From an uncultured Christensenella sp. (lineage in GTDB: Bacteria; Bacillota; Clostridia; Christensenellales; Borkfalkiaceae): a DNA stretch of 64,000 nucleotides. Under the pieces are notes generated by a model, which was not told the origin of the DNA, did no database searches, and was given only the letters and a program-made list of their open reading frames with translations. Numbering within the stretch: the stretch's first letter is position 1; every line of letters starts with the position of its first letter. The stretch spans positions 18,818-82,817 of the forward strand of contig CAJUHT010000005.1 of NCBI GenBank assembly GCA_910586035.1, read 5' to 3'. Below are positions 7,403 to 17,112 of the stretch, piece by piece. Position numbers and translations under genes: made by a program.

Positions 7403-8965
7403 ATGTCAAAAAATTTCAACGCCATAAAGCGTAAATACTTTATTGCGGCAATAATCGCGGGCGTTGCGTTGGGCATATGTTGCGGCGCGGCGGCGACCTG
7501 CGGGTTGGCTGTAATTTTAAAGCGTTGCGCCGTAGAATTCTTCTGGGCGCTGTATATTCCTATCGGCTTGGTTCTTTCCGCGGGCTTCGGCGGGCTGTTT
7601 TTCCTTATCTTGCGCCCCTCGGATATAAAGGTGGCTAAAAAGCTCGACCGCGGCTATTCCTTAAAACAGAAAGTGCAGACGATGGTGGAGTTTTCCGCCG
7701 AGGACGGCGCAATGGCGCAACTGCAAAGGGAGCAGGCGGACGAAGCTCTCGGCGCGGCGGCGAAAAAGAGAATAGATTTGAAATGGCTGTGGAAATTTGC
7801 GTTTATTCCCGTGCTTGCGGTGGCAATGCTGTTCGTGGGAATATTCGTGCCCGCCAAAAAATCTACCGATACCGACCCCATAATCGATATTACCGTGGCG
7901 CAGAGGGCGGCGCTTGCCAACCTCATTGCCGAAGTGAGGGAGTCCTCGCTCGAAGACGGGCTTAAAACTTCGACCGTGGAAGTGCTGGACGGACTTATGA
8001 GCGGTTTAGATAAATCGCAACCGCAGAGCGTAGTGCGCGCGGCGGTCATTTCATCCGTAAAGCTGATAGACGGACTTGTCGCTTCCACAAACACCTATCT
8101 TAAAGTAAACAACGTGTTCAAAGCCGACGAACAGCTTAAAACGCTTTCTTCGGCAATGGTAAGCGGCGTAGTGTTCTACAAGAGCACGGGAATACGGCTT
8201 TCCAGCTTCGAAGCCGTAAAAACGCACGAAAAGAAAGCAGACGAAAGCATTTCCGCCGAGCTTGAAAAGTGGAGGGAAAATTTCCTACTCGATTATTCCG
8301 TAAAGATTGACGGCAACGACAACCGCGCGCCCATAGCCGTGGCGGAAGCCGCCAAAAAGCTTAAAGCATATTCGGCTAATCTGGACAGGAATTTGAAGCT
8401 GGACGACCTTGCGCAGTACGTCCCCGCGGAGCAGAATGCCCGCGCGGCAAAGGACGGGCTGTATACTTCGCTCTCTACGTTTGCAAAAACGCTTGCGGAG
8501 CTGGCTTCTTCGACTTCGGGCATAAACAACAACCAATCGTATTACGAAAGCATAAGGCGCGCCTGCACGGAATTTAGCGGACAGGCGACGGCGGCGCTGT
8601 GCGCGCAGTCGTACAACTGCACAATGGACGAATATATAAGAAACGCGCTTGCCAAAATCTTTAACATAAGCGTTTCGCAGTTCGGTTCCAACGAGGACGT
8701 AGCCCCGAGCAACCCCGGCGACAACACCCCCGGCGAGGAGGAGCCGCCCAGCCCTATCGGACCCGGCGACATAACTTACGGAAGCGACGACAAGGTTTTA
8801 AACGTGGATACGGGGCTTTCGGAAGAGTACGGCAATCTTTTGGATAAGTACAACAACAAGGTAACCGAATATATTATGGCGGGCGCCTGCTCGGAAGAAG
8901 TGGCGCTGTATATAAGGCAGTATTTCCAGATGCTGTACAACGGCATTAAGGAAGATAAAGAATAA
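7403..8965 (+). CDS. Membrane protein of unknown function, first gene of the MoxR/VWA operon
   Basis: 520 aa. Strong SD AAAGGAGG. Three predicted TM helices in the first ~150 aa (AAIIAGVALGICCGAAATCGLAVIL, ALYIPIGLVLSAGFGGLFFLIL, FAFIPVLAVAMLFVGIFV), then an A/S/L/K-rich soluble region of about 370 aa. No catalytic motif recognised. Confidence 0.65.
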   Translation: MSKNFNAIKRKYFIAAIIAGVALGICCGAAATCGLAVILKRCAVEFFWALYIPIGLVLSAGFGGLFFLILRPSDIKVAKKLDRGYSLKQKVQTMVEFSAEDGAMAQLQREQADEALGAAAKKRIDLKWLWKFAFIPVLAVAMLFVGIFVPAKKSTDTDPIIDITVAQRAALANLIAEVRESSLEDGLKTSTVEVLDGLMSGLDKSQPQSVVRAAVISSVKLIDGLVASTNTYLKVNNVFKADEQLKTLSSAMVSGVVFYKSTGIRLSSFEAVKTHEKKADESISAELEKWRENFLLDYSVKIDGNDNRAPIAVAEAAKKLKAYSANLDRNLKLDDLAQYVPAEQNARAAKDGLYTSLSTFAKTLAELASSTSGINNNQSYYESIRRACTEFSGQATAALCAQSYNCTMDEYIRNALAKIFNISVSQFGSNEDVAPSNPGDNTPGEEEPPSPIGPGDITYGSDDKVLNVDTGLSEEYGNLLDKYNNKVTEYIMAGACSEEVALYIRQYFQMLYNGIKEDKE

Positions 8966-9047
8966 TTTCCGTCGTCGCCCTGCGTAAGGCGCGGCGGACG
9001 CGTACAAATCAAAAACATTTGCGTAACAGAAAAAGAGGAGTATAAGA

Positions 9048-10133
9048 ATGGCTAAGAGCAATAAGGCAGAAAGTGCAGAGTTGACCGAAGAAGCGGCGCA
9101 AACCGCTCCCGCAACGCAGGCGAATAGGGGCGCGGCGGACGTTGAGCGCAACACCGAAAGGGTAAAGGCGTTCAGCAAGTCTATCGCCAAGGTAAGGGAA
9201 GAGCTTGCAAAGGACGTGGTAGGTCAGAAGGATATTATAGACAACGTACTCATTGCAATCGTGGCGGGCGGCAACGTCCTGCTCGAAGGCGTGCCCGGTG
9301 TAGGTAAAACGCGTTTGGTGCGTTCGCTGGGTAAAACGCTCGGCTTGCCCTTCTCGCGTATACAGTTCACGCCCGACCTTATGCCCTCGGACGTTACCGG
9401 TACCAACATAATAGAAAAGGGCGCGGACGGCAAGATGAACACCGTGTTCCAGCGCGGACCCATATTCGCCAATCTCGTGCTTGCAGACGAAATCAACCGC
9501 GCCACGCCCAAAACGCAGTCGGCGATGCTCGAAGTTATGCAGGAGCATAAAATAACCGTAGCCAAGCAGACCTATACGCTTAGCGAGCCTTTCTTCGTGC
9601 TTGCAACCGAAAACCCCATAGAGCAGGACGGCACCTACCCCCTGCCCGAAGCGCAGATGGACAGGTTTATATTTAAGCTCATAGTAGAGTTCCCCTCGGT
9701 GGACGAGCTTGCAGACATAGTCAATATGACGCAAATCACCCTCGAAGAAACGGCGGAAGCGGTTATTGACGGACCTACGGTAATGGAGATGAGGGCGCTT
9801 GCCAAGAACGTGCCCGTAATAGACGACGTGCTTAAATACGCGGTAAATCTTGTTTCCAACTCCCACCCCGAACTCGAAAAGACGAGCGAAACGGCTAAAA
9901 AGTACATCAAGTACGGCGCGTCGCCCCGCGCGGCGCAGGCGCTTATAACGGCGGCTAAGGTAAGGGCGCTTATGAACGGCAACTACAACGTTTCCTACGA
10001 GGATATCGACGCGTTGGCGCGCCCCGTTTTAAGGCACAGAATTAAAATAAACTATACGGCGGTAAACGAAAAGCTTACGGTCGACGGCGTTATAGGGCTG
10101 CTCTTGCAGGAAAACAAAAAACTCAGCAGATAA
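9048..10133 (+). CDS. MoxR-family AAA+ ATPase
   Basis: 361 aa. SD AGAGGAG. Walker A LLEGVPGVGKT, Walker B VLADEINRATPKTQSAMLEVMQE. The C-terminal lid ...GASPRAAQALITAAKVRALMNG... is typical of the AAA_3/MoxR subfamily. Confidence 0.92.
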   Translation: MAKSNKAESAELTEEAAQTAPATQANRGAADVERNTERVKAFSKSIAKVREELAKDVVGQKDIIDNVLIAIVAGGNVLLEGVPGVGKTRLVRSLGKTLGLPFSRIQFTPDLMPSDVTGTNIIEKGADGKMNTVFQRGPIFANLVLADEINRATPKTQSAMLEVMQEHKITVAKQTYTLSEPFFVLATENPIEQDGTYPLPEAQMDRFIFKLIVEFPSVDELADIVNMTQITLEETAEAVIDGPTVMEMRALAKNVPVIDDVLKYAVNLVSNSHPELEKTSETAKKYIKYGASPRAAQALITAAKVRALMNGNYNVSYEDIDALARPVLRHRIKINYTAVNEKLTVDGVIGLLLQENKKLSR

Positions 10134-10209
10134 AGTAATAATACGGGCGGCGCGCAGACGGCAGGTAAAATTCTGCCATTGCGCGTTGCCGTACAAGCAA
10201 TAAATCAAA

Positions 10210-11094
10210 ATGGTAAAAACGGTGATAGACGACGAGCTGTTGCAGCAGATAGAGCTGTTGCAGATGCTCGTCAAAAACAACGTCGCGGGTATGTTCGGCG
10301 GAAACCATAAGAGTAAAACTTACGGTTCTTCGTGCGAGTTTGCCGATTACAGGGAGTACGCCCCCGGCGACGACATAACCAAAATCGATTGGAACGCTTA
10401 CGCGCGCTTCGAAAAGCTTTACACAAAGCTGTTTCTGGACGAAAGGCAGATGCACACGCGCATCTATATAGACGCAAGCAATTCAATGGGTTTCGGTAAG
10501 GGCAGGAAAGACGAACAGGCGCTGAAAATCGCGGCGGCGTTCGCCTATCTTTCCGTATGCGAAATGGACAAGGTTTCCGTGTATACCGTAAAGGACAAAC
10601 AGGTTGAAGCGGTTATAAGCGGTATGCTCGGCAAGGAAGCTTATATAAGCTCGATAGGCAACTTAAACAACGTAACCTTTTCGGGCGACAGTTATATTTC
10701 CGACGCAATCGTGCCCTCTTCGGTGGGCTACGGCGACGGTATGTCGATAATCATTTCCGACTTTTTGACGGATAACGACTACGAGGCGGCAATCGACCAC
10801 CTTACGGGCAAAAAGAGGCACGTGCTGTGCGTTCAGGTGCTTTCCAAAGAGGAGTTGCACCCCAAGGCGCGCGGAAAGATGCACTTTTTCGACAGCGAGG
10901 ATTCGGGCAAGTATTACCGCAAGAATATCACAAGGGAAATTGCACAGGCTTATAAAAAGGCTTTGGAGTACGCCACGGGCAGAATACGCGAGTACTGCGC
11001 CGCGCGCGGAGCCGACTATATGCTGGTAAACGCGGAGGAATCCGTAAACGGACTCTTCTTCGAAAGGCTTACGGGCGAGGGGGTGCTTAAATGA
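10210..11094 (+). CDS. DUF58 domain protein (MoxR-associated, VWA-like)
   Basis: 294 aa. Diagnostic DUF58 block GSSCEFADYREYAPGDDITKIDWNAYARFEKLYTKLF. It sits directly after the MoxR gene, the usual arrangement. No obvious SD, so the start is moderately uncertain. Confidence 0.85.
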   Translation: MVKTVIDDELLQQIELLQMLVKNNVAGMFGGNHKSKTYGSSCEFADYREYAPGDDITKIDWNAYARFEKLYTKLFLDERQMHTRIYIDASNSMGFGKGRKDEQALKIAAAFAYLSVCEMDKVSVYTVKDKQVEAVISGMLGKEAYISSIGNLNNVTFSGDSYISDAIVPSSVGYGDGMSIIISDFLTDNDYEAAIDHLTGKKRHVLCVQVLSKEELHPKARGKMHFFDSEDSGKYYRKNITREIAQAYKKALEYATGRIREYCAARGADYMLVNAEESVNGLFFERLTGEGVLK

Positions 11095-12971
11095 GTTTTC
11101 TTTATCCTCTCGGGCTGTTGGGGCTGCTCGCTATACCCGTTCTTATCTTTATTTATATTATAAAGAGCAAGTATACGGAGCAGACGATAACTTCCACGTA
11201 TCTGTGGACGCTCAGCGAAAAGTTTTTAAAGCGTAAAAACCCCATAAACAAAATTACGGGCATTATCAGCCTCATTTTGCAGATACTTGCGGTAATTTTT
11301 ATATCAATAGCGCTTGCGCACCCCGTGTTCGTGCTCAAAGGCAGGGCTAACGACTACTGCTTCGTTCTGGACGGTTCGGGCAGTATGAACACCGTGCAGG
11401 AAGGTTCCACCCGTTTCGAAGCGGGCAAGGAGCGCATACGCGGCATAATAAATTCCGCGGCGGACGGCTCTACGTTCACGCTGATTACCACGGGCAACGT
11501 AACCGACACGGTTATGAAGCAGACGGAGGACAAAAAGACGGCGTTAAGACAGCTTGACGCGGTTGAGCCCTCCTTTGTCGCTTCCGATTTTGCGGGCGCG
11601 GTGTCCGAAGCGCAGAAGTATTTTTCCGAAAATCCCGCCTGCAAGTTTTACGTGATTACCGACAAAACGTTCGGCGCGGAGAAAAACGTTGAGGTAATAA
11701 ACGTCGGGTCGCAGGCGAACAACTGCGCGCTCGAAGACGTTGACTACGCATTTACCGTCGGCGGCGGAGTGCTTGTAAGCGGCAAGGCGTTTGCATACGA
11801 CGGCGACGCTTCGGTTACGGTCGAGCTGTTCTACGACGGCAACGGACGGGCGGTCGCTTCAACCGACGTAACCCTTACCAAGGGCGAGGGCGCGGGCTTT
11901 ACGATTGAATGGACCGCGGGCGAGGACGAAAGCCTGCCGCAGTTCTCTTCGCTTAAAGTCGCTATAAAACAGGGAGATTCCCTCCGCCTCGACAACGAAG
12001 TTATACTGTACAACACGCACAGCGACGCTTCTTACAGCACGCTTATTGTAAGCGAAACGCCCTTTTTCATACAGACGTCGCTGCTTGCCGCGTTCGGCAA
12101 TTTAAAGCGCGAAGTCGTTTCCCCGAAAGACTACAACGACGAAATGAGGGGATACGGTCTGTACGTTTTCCAGAATTTTACTCCCGAAAAGATGCCCGAG
12201 GACGGCGCGGTGTGGTTTATTAACCCCGATACGGGCGTCGACGGCACTTCCGGCTTTTCCGTGCGCGGGGTAGAGCAGTTTAAAAACGCGGTAGAGCTTA
12301 AACTCAGCACTTCCACCTCTTCCAAGGTTACCGACCTTTTGAAGCACACGGACAAGAGCGACACCACGGGCGTAACGCAGTATATAAAGTGCGGACAGTT
12401 CCGCAATTTTACAACGCTTATGACCTGTAACAACGACCCCGTCGTGTTTGCGGGCACCAACGCCTACGGCAACAGAGAAGTCGTGTTTGCAATCGACCTT
12501 GTTGAAACTTCCGACTTTGCTATGTCGTATAACGCGCGTATTCTGACTTATAATCTCATCGGCTACACTTTCCCCGAAATAGTCGAAAGCTCGTCTTTCT
12601 ACTGCGGAGATTCGGTTGAAATAAACGTGCTTGCAAACTGCACGGCTATTAAGGTGGAGCTTCCTTCGGGCAAGGCGGAATATCTCGATACTTCCACGGC
12701 AAGCGTAAAATACAAGCTTACCGAGGTGGGCGAGTATACCGTAACGGCTACCGTGGGCGGTATATTGCAGAGCGTAAAAGTTTATTCGCAACTTCCCGTT
12801 GCCGAACGCATATCAGGCGCAACGGAAGCAAGTTTTGTTTTGAACGGAGAACCCAGCACCGTAAAACGTGATGGTAAGTACGAGGATTTGTTGTATGCGT
12901 TTATAATCCTCGCCGTGATAGTCGCAGCGGATTGGATGGTGTATTGTTATGAGCAGTATCAACTTCGATAA
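11091..12971 (+). CDS. BatA-like membrane protein: N-terminal double-TM aerotolerance-regulator domain + VWA domain + C-terminal TM
   Basis: 626 aa. The ATG overlaps the upstream stop (ATGA). The N-terminus MSFLYPLGLLGLLAIPVLIFIYIIK plus a second TM helix form the BatA N-terminal domain. VWA MIDAS motif in CFVLDGSGSMN. C-terminal helix LLYAFIILAVIVAADWMVY. Confidence 0.8.
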   Translation: MSFLYPLGLLGLLAIPVLIFIYIIKSKYTEQTITSTYLWTLSEKFLKRKNPINKITGIISLILQILAVIFISIALAHPVFVLKGRANDYCFVLDGSGSMNTVQEGSTRFEAGKERIRGIINSAADGSTFTLITTGNVTDTVMKQTEDKKTALRQLDAVEPSFVASDFAGAVSEAQKYFSENPACKFYVITDKTFGAEKNVEVINVGSQANNCALEDVDYAFTVGGGVLVSGKAFAYDGDASVTVELFYDGNGRAVASTDVTLTKGEGAGFTIEWTAGEDESLPQFSSLKVAIKQGDSLRLDNEVILYNTHSDASYSTLIVSETPFFIQTSLLAAFGNLKREVVSPKDYNDEMRGYGLYVFQNFTPEKMPEDGAVWFINPDTGVDGTSGFSVRGVEQFKNAVELKLSTSTSSKVTDLLKHTDKSDTTGVTQYIKCGQFRNFTTLMTCNNDPVVFAGTNAYGNREVVFAIDLVETSDFAMSYNARILTYNLIGYTFPEIVESSSFYCGDSVEINVLANCTAIKVELPSGKAEYLDTSTASVKYKLTEVGEYTVTATVGGILQSVKVYSQLPVAERISGATEASFVLNGEPSTVKRDGKYEDLLYAFIILAVIVAADWMVYCYEQYQLR

Positions 12972-15645
12972 TCCCTGGCTGTTGCTGTTGGCGATTCCCC
13001 TTGCCGCGCTGTTTATCGTTCCCTTCTTTATCGCAATAAGAAAGGACAACGCAAACGGACACAATATCGCTTCGGGCGTCATCCATATTATTATGGCGCT
13101 TTTAATAGCGTTTGTAGCCGCGGGCACAAGCGTAATTACCACGGTAACGCAGACGGACGTGTACGTGCTTGCCGACGTTTCTTACTCGGCTAATAAAAAT
13201 CTTGACGTGGTTGACGGATATATCCGCGACCTCGGCAAATCGCTTCCCGACAATTCGAGAATGGGCGTGATATGCTTCGGCAGGGATACCCAGCTCATTA
13301 CCCGTCTCGGCGAGAGGGTTAAAAGCGTTAAGACGGCGGAAGTGGACGACAGCGGCACCGATATAGTCGGCGCGCTCGACTATGCCGGCTCGCTCTTCCG
13401 CGACAACGTTATAAAGCGCATAGTGCTTATAACCGATGGCAAGCAGACCGACCAGAGCGACGCCAACGCGTTAAAGACGCAGGTTACCGCTCTTGCGGAC
13501 AGAAAAATTCACGTAGACGCCATTTATCTCGACGACAACCTTAAAGACGACGCGAGGGAAGTGCAGCTCTCCTCCGTGCAGTACACCCAAACGGCTTGTT
13601 TAAACCGTCAGGAGAGCGCGGTAATAACTGTAAATTGCAGTTGCCCCGCAACCGGAACGAAAGACGGCGAGGTTAAGCCGTACGAAGTGGAAGCGTTGTT
13701 CACTCTTTACAGAAACGGCGAAGTTTACAGGCAGAAAACCGAGTGGCTTACGCGCGGAAGCAACGCCGTCAGCTTCGATTTGCCTACGGGTGAAGCGGGC
13801 ACTTTCGACTACGAAGTAAAAATGGAGTGCAAAGAGGACGAAAACAAGGTAAACAACGTAATCTCTTTCACCCAGAAAGTTTCCGACGAATTTAAAGTTT
13901 TGCTTATTACCGAGAATATCGAGGACGAAATACAGCTTAAAAAGATTTACGGCGAAAAGGCGCAAATCGACGCCCCCTACTATCTTTCGGGGCAGGTTCC
14001 CTGTTCGGTGGAACAGCTTTGCGAGTACGACGAAATAGTCCTTTCGGACGTAAACGTGCTCGAATTGAACAATTCCGAGATGTTCCTTGCAAGTTTGGAC
14101 ACGGTCGTTTCCCTGTTCGGCAAAAGCTTGGTAACGTTCGGGGATATGCACATTCAAAACTATCCCAAGGGCGATTTAAAGGCGCTCAGCAATATGTTGC
14201 CCGTCGTGTTCGGCAAGAGCGAGGACGACCCCAAACTGTTCACTCTGCTTATCGATACTTCTTACAGCTTGGACCAGGACAACAGATTTGTGCGCGCAAA
14301 GAGGGCGGCAAAGGAAATAATCAACCTGCTTTCCGACGAGGACTACGTTGCCATAGTCGAATTCAACGGCTACGCAAACACCGTATATCAGCCCGTGGAG
14401 CTCTCGCAGTCGCGCAAAGATTTGCTTGAAACGGTAGATATGCTCGGCACAAGCCAGGGCACAAATATCGGGTTGGGCATAGACGCCGCTTACAATTTAA
14501 TTAAGGGCGGGCGTTACAGCCAAAAGAAAATTATGCTCATTTCCGACGGTCTTTCCGAAAGCCTTAACGTTACCGACAAGGTTGCCGAAATGACGGCGGA
14601 GGGCATTTCCACCTCTTCGCTGGACGTGGGCAGGTACAAAAACAGCGAGGCTTCCGCCGCAAAGACGCTTTTGCAGAACATAGCCAACTTCGGCAAGGGC
14701 AAGTATATGGATATAAGCACCGAGTCCGACCTCGAAAGCGTTATTGCCAACGACTTGCCGCAGGAGAGCAACGACAGCCGCGGCAACCAATCGAGGGTGC
14801 GCATTAAAAGGCGTAGCGACAGCGTGCTCGACGGCATAGAAAACGACGAATTGGCTTCCAAAAAAAACTACGTTAACGACTATCTTTTCGCGGTTGAAAA
14901 GGGAAGCGCGGTAACCGTGCTTACGGTAAACTACAACAGGCTCAGCAAACCCTCGCAGGAACCTTATCAGGCTCCGCTGTACTCTTACAGGGCGTACGGC
15001 AACGGCAGGGTATCCACTTTCACCAGCGCGATGAGCGGAAATTGGGTTTCGGGTATAGAAACTTCCATACGCGAAAAACTGTTTACGAACATTATGCAGA
15101 CTAATATCCCCGCGGAAAAGACAAACTATCCCTTTATTTTGGACGTGGCGAAAGAGGACGGGTATTCGCAGATTACCCTAACTCCCGAAACGATGCGGTT
15201 AGACGCCGTAACGGGAATAGAGGTTACCAAACCCGACGGCGCTGTGGTAAGCGGAGTGTTTACCGTTCTTACTTCCAACTTCGGCTACACTTTGGAAACT
15301 CCCGATACGGGCAAGTACGTAATAAAGGTTAAATACTCTTACGGCGGGTACGAATACGAGGCGGAGCGCACGCTGAATATTTCCTATTCCTCCGAGTACG
15401 ACAGCTTTGCGCTGTACGACGCCGCCGTGCTTCACAAGGCGATTGGCGCAAACGGTAAAGTAAGCGAAAACGGCAAGCTGACAATAGTAAACGACGATAA
15501 GGAAGTCGGTCTGTACAATCTTTCCCTCAATCTGCCCCTGCTCAGCGCGTGCGTTGCGCTGTACGCGGTGGATATAGCAGTGCGCAAGCTTAAATGGGAA
15601 GATATCAGAAGCTTCTTTAAAAGAGGCAAGAAGGTTAAAAAGTAA
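12949..15645 (+). CDS. Membrane-anchored double-VWA protein (BatB-like)
   Basis: 898 aa. Overlaps the upstream gene by 23 nt. Same double-TM N-terminus (NPWLLLLAIPLAALFIVPFFIAIRK). Two VWA modules with D-x-S-x-S motifs (VLADVSYSAN...VLITDGKQTD; LLIDTSYSLD...MLISDGLSE). Between them is a region resembling the GATase1-like domain seen in Bat-type proteins. C-terminal TM plus a basic tail. Confidence 0.75.
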   Translation: MSSINFDNPWLLLLAIPLAALFIVPFFIAIRKDNANGHNIASGVIHIIMALLIAFVAAGTSVITTVTQTDVYVLADVSYSANKNLDVVDGYIRDLGKSLPDNSRMGVICFGRDTQLITRLGERVKSVKTAEVDDSGTDIVGALDYAGSLFRDNVIKRIVLITDGKQTDQSDANALKTQVTALADRKIHVDAIYLDDNLKDDAREVQLSSVQYTQTACLNRQESAVITVNCSCPATGTKDGEVKPYEVEALFTLYRNGEVYRQKTEWLTRGSNAVSFDLPTGEAGTFDYEVKMECKEDENKVNNVISFTQKVSDEFKVLLITENIEDEIQLKKIYGEKAQIDAPYYLSGQVPCSVEQLCEYDEIVLSDVNVLELNNSEMFLASLDTVVSLFGKSLVTFGDMHIQNYPKGDLKALSNMLPVVFGKSEDDPKLFTLLIDTSYSLDQDNRFVRAKRAAKEIINLLSDEDYVAIVEFNGYANTVYQPVELSQSRKDLLETVDMLGTSQGTNIGLGIDAAYNLIKGGRYSQKKIMLISDGLSESLNVTDKVAEMTAEGISTSSLDVGRYKNSEASAAKTLLQNIANFGKGKYMDISTESDLESVIANDLPQESNDSRGNQSRVRIKRRSDSVLDGIENDELASKKNYVNDYLFAVEKGSAVTVLTVNYNRLSKPSQEPYQAPLYSYRAYGNGRVSTFTSAMSGNWVSGIETSIREKLFTNIMQTNIPAEKTNYPFILDVAKEDGYSQITLTPETMRLDAVTGIEVTKPDGAVVSGVFTVLTSNFGYTLETPDTGKYVIKVKYSYGGYEYEAERTLNISYSSEYDSFALYDAAVLHKAIGANGKVSENGKLTIVNDDKEVGLYNLSLNLPLLSACVALYAVDIAVRKLKWEDIRSFFKRGKKVKK

Positions 15646-17069
15646 TGGTGGGAAAAGTGAAAAAATCTAAAACTTTTTTGGCTGTACTCGCCGCGTTGCT
15701 GTTTTCCGCAGTCTTTGCGGGTTGCGGCGAATACAAGCCTCCGCAGACGGGGGATAACAATCCCCCCGTCGGACCTGTCGACCCCAATCCGCCCGTAGAC
15801 CCTACGCCCTCCGAGGACGCGTTCAAGGTAAGCCTTACCCTGCGCGACGGAAGCGCGTTTACCAAGGCTAATTATTCCAAAATAACGACTTTGCAGGCGC
15901 AGTGGACTAACGCGGATAACACAAACGAAATTTACCGCGCGTATTTTAACGAGGAGGGAGTGGCTTCGAGGAGCGACCTCGACGGCGACTACACCGTTAC
16001 GCTGGTAACCCCTCCCGACGGATACACCTATAAATCTACCGACAAGAGCCACGAGGCGACCAACCTGTCAAAGGAAACCGATATAGAGCTGTGGCCGCTT
16101 CTCAGCTTGGGCAAGCGGGAAATTTACGCAAATTCCACGCCCTACTACTCGCTGGCTTCGACGGGCGCGTACAGAATTTCCCTCGGCGTTGGCGAAAAGA
16201 TAATGTTTAACTTTAAGCCGCAGGGGCAGGGCGAGTACTGTTTAGAAACGTTTGCCGACGTGGTTGCAAACGAAATAAACCCCAAGCTGGACGTGCACAA
16301 CGGCAATTTGCCCGCGTATATGAACCCCGCAATCGCATCTTCGCAGGACGGGGGCGGCGCGGAAAACACTTATACCAAAAATATAAAGTGGCTTTACAAC
16401 GTTTCCTCCGACCAGGTGGGTAGCGGCTTGATTTTTAAACTGTATTCCGAAAGCCGCAATCCCAACGCCAAAGAGCTTTTAGTAGACTTCATTCTGGAAT
16501 GGATGGACGACTATGACGACCCTACCTGGTTGCCCAGCGTGGAAGTGCCTATAACCGAAACGCTTGAAAAGCAGCAAACGCCCGCGGGCGCGTTTACGTT
16601 CTGCGCAAACCGCCCCGACGCGAACAAGACGCTTAACGCCAAAAACGTAAAACTCAACCCCGACGACGGCTATTATTACTATTACGACGCTCAGACGGGT
16701 TACGGCGACAGACTGTACGCTATGCTCGGCGACGATAACGAGGTGCACTCGTCTTTCAACAACGCCAACATAAAACTCAACTATATAATGCCCGACCGCA
16801 AGGAACGCGCAAAGAATTACGAAAATTTTGTGCGCGGGGCAAACGGATATATGGCAAACGCAAATTCGGACGGCTGTTACCCCGTTACGGAGGAGCTTAA
16901 ACGGTTTTTGCAGGACTATGCAAAATCGCAGTCCCTCTTCTTCGACGGCAACGGTCTGGCGGAAACGAAGTATTACGAGGACGAAAACGGCAGACCTGTT
17001 CCCGGACCTGCGTACGTGTCGGACGAGAACAGCCAGTGGATGTACGCCTGCGGATATTACGCATTGTAA
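15645..17069 (+). CDS. Lipoprotein of unknown function (P/D/N stalk + prealbumin-like and PPC-like beta modules)
   Basis: 474 aa. The ATG shares one base with the upstream TAA (TAATG). Lipobox VFAG|C. Stalk PPVGPVDPNPPVDPTP. FKVSLTLRDGS...LDGDYTVTLVTPPDGYTY resembles carboxypeptidase-regulatory-like folds. No catalytic motif. Confidence 0.65.
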   Translation: MVGKVKKSKTFLAVLAALLFSAVFAGCGEYKPPQTGDNNPPVGPVDPNPPVDPTPSEDAFKVSLTLRDGSAFTKANYSKITTLQAQWTNADNTNEIYRAYFNEEGVASRSDLDGDYTVTLVTPPDGYTYKSTDKSHEATNLSKETDIELWPLLSLGKREIYANSTPYYSLASTGAYRISLGVGEKIMFNFKPQGQGEYCLETFADVVANEINPKLDVHNGNLPAYMNPAIASSQDGGGAENTYTKNIKWLYNVSSDQVGSGLIFKLYSESRNPNAKELLVDFILEWMDDYDDPTWLPSVEVPITETLEKQQTPAGAFTFCANRPDANKTLNAKNVKLNPDDGYYYYYDAQTGYGDRLYAMLGDDNEVHSSFNNANIKLNYIMPDRKERAKNYENFVRGANGYMANANSDGCYPVTEELKRFLQDYAKSQSLFFDGNGLAETKYYEDENGRPVPGPAYVSDENSQWMYACGYYAL

Positions 17070-17112
17070 ACCGCCGATAAATTTTCCGCAATTTGCGAAC
17101 AAGGTGAAGAAA

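Noticed and set aside
8966-9047. GC-rich imperfect hairpin between the first gene and the MoxR gene, considered as an internal terminator.
   Set aside because: The pairing is interrupted and no T-tract follows. The downstream gene has no separate promoter consensus.
16828-17112. 95-codon upstream extension of the 809-aa lipoprotein ORF.
   Set aside because: It overlaps the end of the 474-aa gene. The SD plus ATG 17113 gives a textbook lipoprotein signal peptide, whereas the extension is R/T/C-rich with no signal.
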